This document shows, piece after piece, positions 37,574 to 45,476 of a DNA stretch of 45,476 nt. Each line of letters opens with the position of its first letter. Positions within the stretch are counted from its first letter, which is position 1. Under the pieces are notes generated by a model. The model saw nothing but the letters and a program-made list of their open reading frames with translations, did not search any database and was not told where the DNA came from. Position numbers and translations under genes: made by a program. The stretch comes from Promethearchaeota archaeon. GTDB lineage: Archaea; Asgardarchaeota; Lokiarchaeia; Sigyniarchaeales; SOKP01. The stretch is from the NCBI GenBank assembly GCA_048941015.1, contig JBHLNZ010000022.1:1874-47349 (forward strand). The letters run 5' to 3'.

Positions 37574-38041
37574 TTATAATGAATCTATTAAAGCATTACA
37601 TCTAAAGCATTGTGTAGCTCCGCGATAGATACTATTTCCACACTCTGGACACTTATAACGGTTTTCAACACTTTCAACCCATTTTTCTGTCCCCATTTCA
37701 CGCCAAGATTGTATTTCTTTAAGTATGATTTGTTTACCTTCTGGACTGGGCCAATTATTAATAATATCACATGGAAAATCATTACACTGATGGCATCCTT
37801 CTAAATTTTTTTCTTTAATACAACTTTTTATAGAACATGTTTGGCAGAAAGGAAATACAATATCATCTGACAAACAACCCGTGCAAGCGATATCTTCAAT
37901 GGACTTTGCACCCCATTTCTTGAAAATGGGAAGTAACCGTTCTTTAAGCTCATTATCATTTGAACTATGAACAATATATACCGCACAAACTCCACAGTAT
38001 AATCCACAGGGAGCTAACAATTCTTTTTTTATATCCACCAT
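37574..38041 (-). CDS. DUF3795-like cysteine-rich protein with C-terminal zinc ribbon
   Basis: APCGLYCGVC, CTGC, CSIKSC, CHQCNDFPC and CPECG...CFRC. Confidence 0.82.
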   Translation of the reverse strand: MVDIKKELLAPCGLYCGVCAVYIVHSSNDNELKERLLPIFKKWGAKSIEDIACTGCLSDDIVFPFCQTCSIKSCIKEKNLEGCHQCNDFPCDIINNWPSPEGKQIILKEIQSWREMGTEKWVESVENRYKCPECGNSIYRGATQCFRCNALIDSL

Positions 38042-38189
38042 AATGAAATCTCGAAAAATTTTTCTTTCTTTTTAGATGTGATAAAAATGTATTTTATTGT
38101 TCACATTAATACAATTATTTAAAAAAATTTTCCCAAATAAAATTAAAAGATTTAAGGGGTTTTAATAGTTATAAGTAGAACTAGAGGTA

Positions 38190-38516
38190 ATGCTTAGTTT
38201 TATATCAATTGAGTTTAGTATCGCATTTTTATTATTTCTCACAGGTTTAAGTATTATAAACATAATTTTCTGGACCTTTCAAATAAAGTGGTACAAAAGG
38301 GTAAAAATCAAAATCCTTATGCGAATTCTTTTAGTTGTAGGATTTACAATTTTAATCGTGGATTCGATTCCATATTTGTTTACCGATATTTACACTGTTC
38401 CTATTGTTAATATCGTGTTAAGTAATGTGTTTCTTCTATTGTTTTGTTTAGCGGTGGTATTCTATGGAATTTTATTAGTTGACTTAAAGAAGGAAGAAAG
38501 CGGATTAAAATCATAG
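38190..38516 (+). CDS. Small membrane protein (about 3 TM)
   Basis: Hydrophobic segments. Confidence 0.6.
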   Translation: MLSFISIEFSIAFLLFLTGLSIINIIFWTFQIKWYKRVKIKILMRILLVVGFTILIVDSIPYLFTDIYTVPIVNIVLSNVFLLLFCLAVVFYGILLVDLKKEESGLKS

Positions 38517-38567
38517 AAATTTGTTTTTATTTGTAGACTTTAAATATCTAATTGTAGATAAAGATCG

Positions 38568-39197
38568 ATGATATCATCTCTGATGTCCAATTTATTTTTA
38601 ATGTCTCTATTGCCAGGTTTGAATCCCATCATTGATGAAGTATGTTCAAATATAAATGGTTTTTTAGAAGTTCTTTTCGGCTACTTGAAGTACATCTTTT
38701 TTGCAATATTGCTGGCTATTGGTCTCTTGACGCTATTTAGTTTACGGGGAAAATACTTCTTGGAGCGATTGAGATATAGCCAAGAAGAGAAATTGACAGA
38801 TAATCCCTTAACGAAGCCTCGTATAGTTATAAGTACTGTATATCTTGTTATTGCGTTTGGAGTGTTATTTGATTGGTTTACCTATTTTTTGATAATAATT
38901 TTAGATCCATTGCCAGATCGCTTTCTTTTTGTATTTATTCAATTATCTGGAATAACTGATCCATTTGGATTAAATATTGTTGCAGATATTAACCAAGCAA
39001 CACGACCATTTGAAGCAACAATTTATTATGCTGTTGCGATTGTTTCCTTTATCGCCCTTTTAGATATTCTCATTAGTATTTGGCAGATGTCAGTACGCGA
39101 TAATATCAACGAAAAGAAAGCGATTTTTGCTCTAGTGGGAGGAATTATTCTTGGGATGTTAACTGGCTTTACAACATGTCTTCCGCTATTTTTATGA
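38568..39197 (+). CDS. Membrane protein
   Basis: About four hydrophobic segments. Confidence 0.68.
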   Translation: MISSLMSNLFLMSLLPGLNPIIDEVCSNINGFLEVLFGYLKYIFFAILLAIGLLTLFSLRGKYFLERLRYSQEEKLTDNPLTKPRIVISTVYLVIAFGVLFDWFTYFLIIILDPLPDRFLFVFIQLSGITDPFGLNIVADINQATRPFEATIYYAVAIVSFIALLDILISIWQMSVRDNINEKKAIFALVGGIILGMLTGFTTCLPLFL

Positions 39198-39287
39198 ATA
39201 GAAAACATTTTTATATGGATTTTACATTTTTGTATAAGTGAAATTCAATATTCTATAAAAAATAAGAAAAAAAGATGGGAGTTTATA

Positions 39288-39725
39288 ATGAGATTCGATT
39301 CAATTAATATTGCTGTAATTTTACTTCTAATTACTGTAGCAGGTCTTATGATGTACGCTTTTACTTTTATAATATTCGGTGGATTTAACTTATTAAGTGG
39401 ATTTTCGTATATTGGAAAAACTGAAGCTGAAATTCTAGCTTTTGATCCTACGCTACACGTTACTATTAACACAGCATTACGAACATTGGGCTTCACAGAT
39501 TTAGCTTTAGGAGAATTAGCGATTTTTGTTATCGTGATACCTTTCAGAAAAAAAGAGAAATGGGCATGGATATCAACTTTTATTGTGGTGCTTATATTTA
39601 CATTACCAATTCTTATTATACAAGCTTTTACGATAGGATTGACTTTTTATTTATTAATAATTTTCATTGTAATACAAATTGCAGCATTAGGAATTACGTT
39701 TAAAGACTTTTTTAAAAAGGAATAA
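39288..39725 (+). CDS. Membrane protein (about 4 TM)
   Basis: GGGAG SD; IPFRKKEKWAW loop between helices. Confidence 0.7.
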   Translation: MRFDSINIAVILLLITVAGLMMYAFTFIIFGGFNLLSGFSYIGKTEAEILAFDPTLHVTINTALRTLGFTDLALGELAIFVIVIPFRKKEKWAWISTFIVVLIFTLPILIIQAFTIGLTFYLLIIFIVIQIAALGITFKDFFKKE

Positions 39726-39888
39726 CTAGCATTCAGATGAAATTTCAATTTTTAAATTTAACTTTCTTTTTTTTTTAGAAATTCACACTAGATTGACAGA
39801 AATGTTAAGATTTAAAAATCTTCGCGATAATTAATCCTTACCCCAATCCAATGTAAAATAAATTAAACATCATATAAAGGTGAAAATT

Positions 39889-40215
39889 ATGGTATTAGTA
39901 ATGACAACAAATTATTTTCCAACAGATAAATCAGAAGTAGTTGGTAAAAAATATATTGAAATAACAAAGAAATATCCCCCAGATAGATCTATATCTAAAC
40001 CCATTTTACGAGTAGGAGTAAGAGTAACCCCTGATGGTATGAAAGCAATTAGTATTTCCGAGGTAAAAGAAGATAAGTTTAGTGAGTTTATGAGACTCCT
40101 GTATGAACAAATACTCTTATGGTCAGAAATAGAGGGCTATAGGATGGACGTGGAGGTTTTTATGTCTGGTACTGAAGCGATGCCCTTAGTTGGACTAAAA
40201 ATGCCCGAAGAATAA
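39889..40215 (+). CDS. Hypothetical soluble protein
   Basis: ATG at 39889 after AGGTGA SD; the track's GTG lies inside the SD. Confidence 0.72.
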   Translation: MVLVMTTNYFPTDKSEVVGKKYIEITKKYPPDRSISKPILRVGVRVTPDGMKAISISEVKEDKFSEFMRLLYEQILLWSEIEGYRMDVEVFMSGTEAMPLVGLKMPEE

Positions 40216-40399
40216 AATATTAAAAGTCATCCAAAGAAAAGCTCCTTTGAAATAGACACTTTTTAGAGCTTAAAAATAAAATTTTTTTTTCTTATTGCTG
40301 TCTTTTTAGTATAAATTTAAATTATTATAGTAAATCTTTCGAAAAAATAATAAGTAATTGAAACATGGCTTCAGTTATTTTTATAGTTAAAATTAATGA

Positions 40400-40798
40400 T
40401 TAAACAACAGCTACTTGAGATGGTTTCATAAGATTTGATTCAATTTGGATTGGCTTTAACAGGCTTCTTACATCTCCATTACAATTTTGAAATTGACTTT
40501 TTAATTCTTGAATTACTGCTTTCATTTGATTCTTATTTACATCCCTTTCTGAGCCCGTTTCCTCTTTTCTTATTCTAAGTATGGGGGAATCTTGGTTTGG
40601 TGTAAAGTTATTAGATTTTAATTCCCTTAGAGCTTTCTTGAGCATGTTTATTTCTAATTTTAAGAATTTAATTTCTTCTTGTATATTAAGGGGATTATCA
40701 TGAAATTTTATTATTCTATAACAAGTGGGTCCATATCCTAATTTAATACTTTTAGGGGATTTTAACACTCTCCCACATCTCTTACATAAAAATACCAT
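40400..40798 (-). CDS. DUF6011-like zinc-finger protein with coiled coil
   Basis: CKRCGRVLKSPKSIKLGYGPTC pattern. Confidence 0.75.
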   Translation of the reverse strand: MVFLCKRCGRVLKSPKSIKLGYGPTCYRIIKFHDNPLNIQEEIKFLKLEINMLKKALRELKSNNFTPNQDSPILRIRKEETGSERDVNKNQMKAVIQELKSQFQNCNGDVRSLLKPIQIESNLMKPSQVAVV

Positions 40799-41083
40799 TT
40801 TGCCTCACTTTTTAACATTATATTATATAAAGGCTTATTTCTTTACCTCTTTTTGAATCATAATAAAAATATACTAATTTATAATTTTGGAATTATATCG
40901 ACTATTTAAAAAGGGAAAATTTTGAAGAATGACATATTCATCAGAATCAAAGATTAGCATTAATAAGGCATATTTATGCAACTTTTGAGAAAATCAACTT
41001 TAATCTTTAAATAATTTAAAATTCAATACTCTAATTACAATATTTTCAAATTAAAATAGGTAAAGTAATTATAGGTGTAAAAA

Positions 41084-41242
41084 TTGGAAGAATTTTCTAA
41101 TAAGCCAAATTATGTTGATGAAGATAAAATGAACGAAGCTATTGGGCGGATACTCTGGGGTAAGAACGGTAAAAAATTCTCAATGCGTCGATTAATATTT
41201 GCCTTTATGAAAAAGAGAATTAGAGGTAAGAAGAAACGATGA
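41084..41242 (+). CDS. Small basic protein (52 aa) coupled to the corrinoid gene
   Basis: AGGTG SD and TTG start; MEEFSNKPNYVDEDKMNEAIGRILWGKNGKKFSMRRLIFAFMKKRIRGKKKR; ATGA overlap with the next gene. Confidence 0.6.
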   Translation: MEEFSNKPNYVDEDKMNEAIGRILWGKNGKKFSMRRLIFAFMKKRIRGKKKR

Positions 41243-41880
41243 GTAAAAAGGATGATTTGTATCGTAGTGTTGTGGAATTAGATGAAGAGGAAGCTTACAA
41301 ATTTGTTCGGGAACTATTAGAAGATAATACCGATCCAAAAGAAATTATTGAGATTTTGCGTAAAGCCGTAGAAGAAATTGGTGATAAGTTTAATAGAAAA
41401 GAATACTTTCTTACAGAATTAGTTATGGCTGGCGAGATTTTCCAGCAATCAACAAAGATACTTGAACCTGCACTTAAAAAGGAAGTTGGTCAAGAAAAGA
41501 GTAAAGGTGTTGTAGTAATAGGGACGGTTAAAGGGGATGTTCATGATATTGGAAAAAATATATTTGTAACGCTTTTGAAATCAGCTGGATTCGAAGTATA
41601 TGATTTAGGTATTGATATTCCTCCTCAAGATTTCGTTGAAAAAGTAAAAGAAACGAACGCTAATGTAGTTGGATACTCAGGATTGTTAACCGTTGCTCTT
41701 GAGGCAATGAAGGAAACCACTGAAGCTTTAAAATCTGAAGGATTAAGAGATAAAGTAAAAATAATTATTGGAGGTTTACCTACAGATGAGATGTGGATGA
41801 AAGAAGCTGGTGCAGATGCCTTTACTGATAATGCCTTTGAAGGTGTAAAAATTGTAAAGAAATGGTTGGAGGTAGGATGA
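41239..41880 (+). CDS. Cobalamin-binding corrinoid protein of a methyltransferase system
   Basis: GTVKGDVHDIGKN, SGLL and IIGG, plus an N-terminal cap domain. Confidence 0.93.
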   Translation: MSKKDDLYRSVVELDEEEAYKFVRELLEDNTDPKEIIEILRKAVEEIGDKFNRKEYFLTELVMAGEIFQQSTKILEPALKKEVGQEKSKGVVVIGTVKGDVHDIGKNIFVTLLKSAGFEVYDLGIDIPPQDFVEKVKETNANVVGYSGLLTVALEAMKETTEALKSEGLRDKVKIIIGGLPTDEMWMKEAGADAFTDNAFEGVKIVKKWLEVG

Positions 41881-43046
41881 ATATGGAAACAGAATTTGAA
41901 CCCATAAAGGAAGAACCTATGACCTCCGTCGAGAGGGTAATGACCGCATTGAGTTTAAAGGAACCTGATAGAGTACCTGTATGGCCTTTAATTGATTTTC
42001 TCCCAGCACATTATATTGATATCACTGCTCAAGAAATATTAGAAGACCCCGACAAGTCTCAATACGCTTATGAGTGGATTTATCATAAATTGGGAGGATA
42101 TGACATATCAATGGCGGGTGGGGGGATGTATATGATGTATATTAATCCATTTCCCGATTTCTTTTCAGCATATTATGTTGATTGGAGATTACCAGGACGC
42201 ATGTTAGGAGTTAATGAACCTCCACAGTTAGTAGAACGAAGCCTTGATAATCCAATATTAACTGAAAATGATTATGACAAAATAATCAATGAAGGATTAT
42301 TATGGTTAGCAAATTTTGATAGAGCGGGAATTGGTGATATGACCAAATTAAGTAAGATTGGAGCAAAAGTAGAAGAATATACCATTAAATGGTGGACACA
42401 TTATAAAGTCCCTACTTTTACTGATGGGGCAGTAATAGTCCCTTTTGATCTTTTATCTGTGTTTAGAGGTGCGACGAATTTCATGAAAGATATCTATCGA
42501 TATCCTGATAAAATAAAGGAGGTATGTGATTTTCTAGTTGATAACGTTATACTAATGGGAGAATATGGCATTTCTCAGATGAAAGGTAAGACAATTTTGG
42601 TTGGAGCTGTTCGAGCCAGTGCGGATTTTGTTTCAATAAAGCATTTTGAAGAATTATTTTGGCCTTACTTTAAAAAAATAGTTACTAAATATGTAAACGA
42701 TGGATTCATTGTACAACTTCATATGGATACTAACTGGACAGATCGGCTGCATTACTTACTAGAATTGCCTAAAGGGAAAATTTATATGCATATGGATGAA
42801 CGAACTGACATATTCAAAGCAAAAGAAATCCTTGGCGATCACATGTGCATCCAAGGAAATATGAAACCTTCATTGTTTACATTAGGAACTCCAGCAATGG
42901 TTGAAAAACAAACTAAAGAAATCATTGATAAGTGTGCTGAGGGTGGTGGACTATTCGTTGGTGCTGAAATTCCAGATAATGCTAAACTTGAAAATCTCAG
43001 AGCTATGATAGACACATGCAAAACTTATGGTGTATATCGGAAATAA
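41877..43046 (+). CDS. UroD/MtaA-superfamily protein (putative corrinoid methyltransferase)
   Basis: ERVMTAL...EPDRVPV, FEELFWPY, AKEILGDHMCIQGN and AKLENLRAM; ATGA coupling to the corrinoid gene. Confidence 0.85.
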   Translation: MNMETEFEPIKEEPMTSVERVMTALSLKEPDRVPVWPLIDFLPAHYIDITAQEILEDPDKSQYAYEWIYHKLGGYDISMAGGGMYMMYINPFPDFFSAYYVDWRLPGRMLGVNEPPQLVERSLDNPILTENDYDKIINEGLLWLANFDRAGIGDMTKLSKIGAKVEEYTIKWWTHYKVPTFTDGAVIVPFDLLSVFRGATNFMKDIYRYPDKIKEVCDFLVDNVILMGEYGISQMKGKTILVGAVRASADFVSIKHFEELFWPYFKKIVTKYVNDGFIVQLHMDTNWTDRLHYLLELPKGKIYMHMDERTDIFKAKEILGDHMCIQGNMKPSLFTLGTPAMVEKQTKEIIDKCAEGGGLFVGAEIPDNAKLENLRAMIDTCKTYGVYRK

Positions 43047-43226
43047 GAAAGTTAAAATCTAAAGTAATTTTTTTAATTTTTTTTTTAATTAACGTTTATG
43101 TTTATTTTACCGTGATTTATTATTCACCTTCTTTTTTTATTTAAAATGTTTTTTATCGAATTATTAATTTTTAAATGCAGAGGAAATTTCTATGATGGTG
43201 CATTCAAATAATTCAGGAGATAAATA

Positions 43227-44087
43227 ATGCGAATCGATTTCCACTGCCATGTATTTGAAAATGTTGTTAAACTGGATGCGATGAAAAGACTCTTCAATAT
43301 TTTTGAGGATTATGGGTTCTATGAGAGAATGGTAAAAAAGATTGAGGAAATTCCCTCAATAGAAACTACAGATATTATTGAGAAAACTCTTTATCACATA
43401 AACAAAGCTAAATTCGATAAAGTTGTTTTGCTTCCTGTTAGTGCTAAAGAGAATCAATTAGTAAAGAAGTGGGTTGACACTGCGCCTGATATTTTTATTC
43501 CTTTTTATAATCCTCCTGAGAAGGCATCTGAACAATTGGATATAATGGAAAAAATGGAAAAAGATCTTCAAGAATTTAATTTTAAAGGATTAAAAATAAT
43601 GTTATCATTTAGAAATAAGCGGTTAAATGATGAGATTTTATATCTAATTTTGGAATTTGCTCAAAATCATAATCTTATTTTATTAATGCATACCGGATGG
43701 CCTCCGCCGGGCACAAAAAGGACGGTCTTAACCTATTCAAACCCTGTAGATATGGAAATTTATTATAATTCCTTTCCTAAGGTTAATTTTGTTATTGCAC
43801 ATATGGGATTCCCCTTTTCTGATATTGCGATTGCATTAGTAACTCAATATCCAAACATCTATTTAGATATAAGTAATTTAACATACATGGCGCCCTATAA
43901 ACTAAAAAATTTATTACTCGAAGCTAAGGACATAATTGGTACTCATAAGATTTTATTTGGAACAGATGGTTTTTCCCCTGAAATGATTGAAATTGCGGTC
44001 AATTTCTTCAATGATGTGGATTATCTATCTAAAGATGATATAGACAAAATCTTAGGATTAAATGCCGCAAAGTTGCTCAAACTTTAG
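43227..44087 (+). CDS. Amidohydrolase_2 family metal-dependent hydrolase
   Basis: IDFHCH, GLK, HTG, AHMG, YLDIS and ILFGTD. Confidence 0.9.
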   Translation: MRIDFHCHVFENVVKLDAMKRLFNIFEDYGFYERMVKKIEEIPSIETTDIIEKTLYHINKAKFDKVVLLPVSAKENQLVKKWVDTAPDIFIPFYNPPEKASEQLDIMEKMEKDLQEFNFKGLKIMLSFRNKRLNDEILYLILEFAQNHNLILLMHTGWPPPGTKRTVLTYSNPVDMEIYYNSFPKVNFVIAHMGFPFSDIAIALVTQYPNIYLDISNLTYMAPYKLKNLLLEAKDIIGTHKILFGTDGFSPEMIEIAVNFFNDVDYLSKDDIDKILGLNAAKLLKL

Positions 44088-44218
44088 GTTAAATTAATTA
44101 TATCTCTATTATTAAGATTTCAGCACCCAATCATAGCGATTTATCAGATGATTATTTAACTTAATGATTAAATTAAATATATTGATTAAACTATTAATTT
44201 TTATTAAAGTAAATCTTT

Positions 44219-45034
44219 TTGGTGATCAAAATAAAATTTATAGATTTATCAATTCCGATTATGGATTATGATGAGGGGATTTATGATCCTGCTCCTTATG
44301 CCCCACATATCACCTACAAGGATCATAAAAGAGGTGGTTTAGAGATGGGAATATTATATCCCAGATTAAAACCAGAAAAGTATCTTCCTGATGGAGGAGG
44401 TTGGGCTGCTGAAGATATAACTTTGTCTACTCACAGTGGAACTCATATGGATGCGCCTTGGCATTATGGCCCCACACAAGATAAAGAAATTGGAGAAAAA
44501 AATGCACTTACAATTGATAAATTCCCTTTAGAATGGGGAATAGGTTCATTGATTGTTCTAGATGTTACTGACTTAGAAGATGGCTATGTAATGAAGCCAG
44601 GTGACATTGACAAGAAGTTAGAAGGAATAAATCATAAATTAAAAGAAGGAGATATTTTATGCATACATACTACAGCACCTAAATTCGTTGGCACCAATGA
44701 ATATCTGCAGCATGGTGTTGGAGTGGGGAGAGAAGCAACGCTTCATATAATTAGGCAAGGAGTTCATGTAGTTGGGACTGATGCTTGGAGTTGGGACGCC
44801 CCATTCATATATACAGCTAGAAGATGGAAATCTTCAGTGAAAAGGAAAGAGCCTAATCCATCAATTATATGGGAAGGCCATTTTGCGGGAATGGAACTGG
44901 GATACTTTCAAATGGAAAAATTGGCGAATTTAGATAAGGTTCCTGCTGTAGGTGCAACAATTTATTGTTTCCCTGTAAAAATAACTCGAGCTAGTGCTGG
45001 TTGGGTAAGAGCGGTCGCTACTATTTCAGAATAA
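44219..45034 (+). CDS. Cyclase/kynurenine formamidase family protein
   Basis: HSGTHMDAPWH, GTDAWSWD, EKLANL and RAVA; the true start may be ATA at 44231. Confidence 0.9.
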   Translation: MVIKIKFIDLSIPIMDYDEGIYDPAPYAPHITYKDHKRGGLEMGILYPRLKPEKYLPDGGGWAAEDITLSTHSGTHMDAPWHYGPTQDKEIGEKNALTIDKFPLEWGIGSLIVLDVTDLEDGYVMKPGDIDKKLEGINHKLKEGDILCIHTTAPKFVGTNEYLQHGVGVGREATLHIIRQGVHVVGTDAWSWDAPFIYTARRWKSSVKRKEPNPSIIWEGHFAGMELGYFQMEKLANLDKVPAVGATIYCFPVKITRASAGWVRAVATISE

Positions 45035-45056
45035 AAAATAAAAGATGAAAAAAAAT

Positions 45057-45476
45057 TTAAACTTCTTTAAAAATATCTTCAACAAGTTTATGGTCTTCTT
45101 TAAAATGTATCAATGCGCCACTCCAATCGACTAGAACTTCTGAATATTTGGTTTCAAAAGTTTCAACGAATTCCTTGAGACGGGCTCTCACTTCTGCAGT
45201 TTCATTTCCTTTTACAAATAATGCACAGAAAATGTATTTTCCATATTCAATAAGAATAGTTATATCACCATGATCGATCTTTTTAAGTAAATCTTCTGAT
45301 TTTGTTGTTTCCTTTACAAAAGAAGTTATTGCTGAGAACATTCCTGAAATTAGAGCTGGATCTTGTGTCATTCCTTCAGCAAATTGATAACTAAATACAT
45401 CTCGACCATCTCCATAGATTACGTATAATCCTTGTTTTTCAACCCTCTCGAAGGTATAACTAAATTCAGGACGTAA
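45057..45476 (-). CDS. C-terminal longin-like domain of a larger protein, truncated at window end
   Basis: Frame open to the edge: GLYVIYGDGRDVFSY...DPALISGMFSAITSFVKE...FVETFE. Confidence 0.72.
   Translation of the reverse strand, partial: LRPEFSYTFERVEKQGLYVIYGDGRDVFSYQFAEGMTQDPALISGMFSAITSFVKETTKSEDLLKKIDHGDITILIEYGKYIFCALFVKGNETAEVRARLKEFVETFETKYSEVLVDWSGALIHFKEDHKLVEDIFKEV

Noticed and set aside
40216-40275. AAGCTC/GAGCTT hairpin after the 39889-40215 gene as a SECIS candidate
   Set aside because: The upstream gene has no in-frame TGA, and the stem is only 6 bp.
40929-41003. Short frame with TGC-AAC-TTT-TGA (CxxU-like), a possible selenoprotein
   Set aside because: A TAA follows four codons later, there is no recognisable fold, and no SECIS-like element was seen.
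651-43021. Many 60-115 aa ORFs overlapping longer genes (e.g. 651-848, 2994-3212, 10161-10448, 30037-30384, 34716-34961)
   Set aside because: They are antisense or alternate-frame shadows of well-supported genes and lack motifs.
44149-44188. Three TGATTA copies upstream of the cyclase
   Set aside because: A short AT-rich word with uneven spacing; expected by chance.

Overview
AT-rich, gene-dense archaeal chromosome segment, most likely Asgard (Lokiarchaeia-like). That inference rests on archaeal housekeeping genes (SepRS, archaeal ThrRS and AspRS, RbkR/RibL, TruD, Pth2, L38e, L40e, thermosome, type II MetAP) occurring with eukaryotic-signature-type proteins (Rab-like GTPase, two longin-like proteins, JAMM/MPN, gelsolin-like, BRO1-like, VMP1-like). 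No rRNA, tRNA, CRISPR array, integrase or transposase was seen. The most notable unexplained element is a ~490-nt region (25508-25997) with its own TATA box, a 12-bp terminal helix, many internal helices and a U-tract terminator. It looks like a large structured ncRNA with partial, rearranged resemblance to RNase P RNA. Other points of interest are genes that appear to need AUU/AUA start codons, a candidate BRO1/ALIX-like protein, a membrane-anchored gelsolin-like protein, a winged-helix RadA paralog beside a small HbYX-tailed protein, and three small genes missing from the ORF track. All family calls come from motif recognition by eye; no database searches or folding calculations were run.
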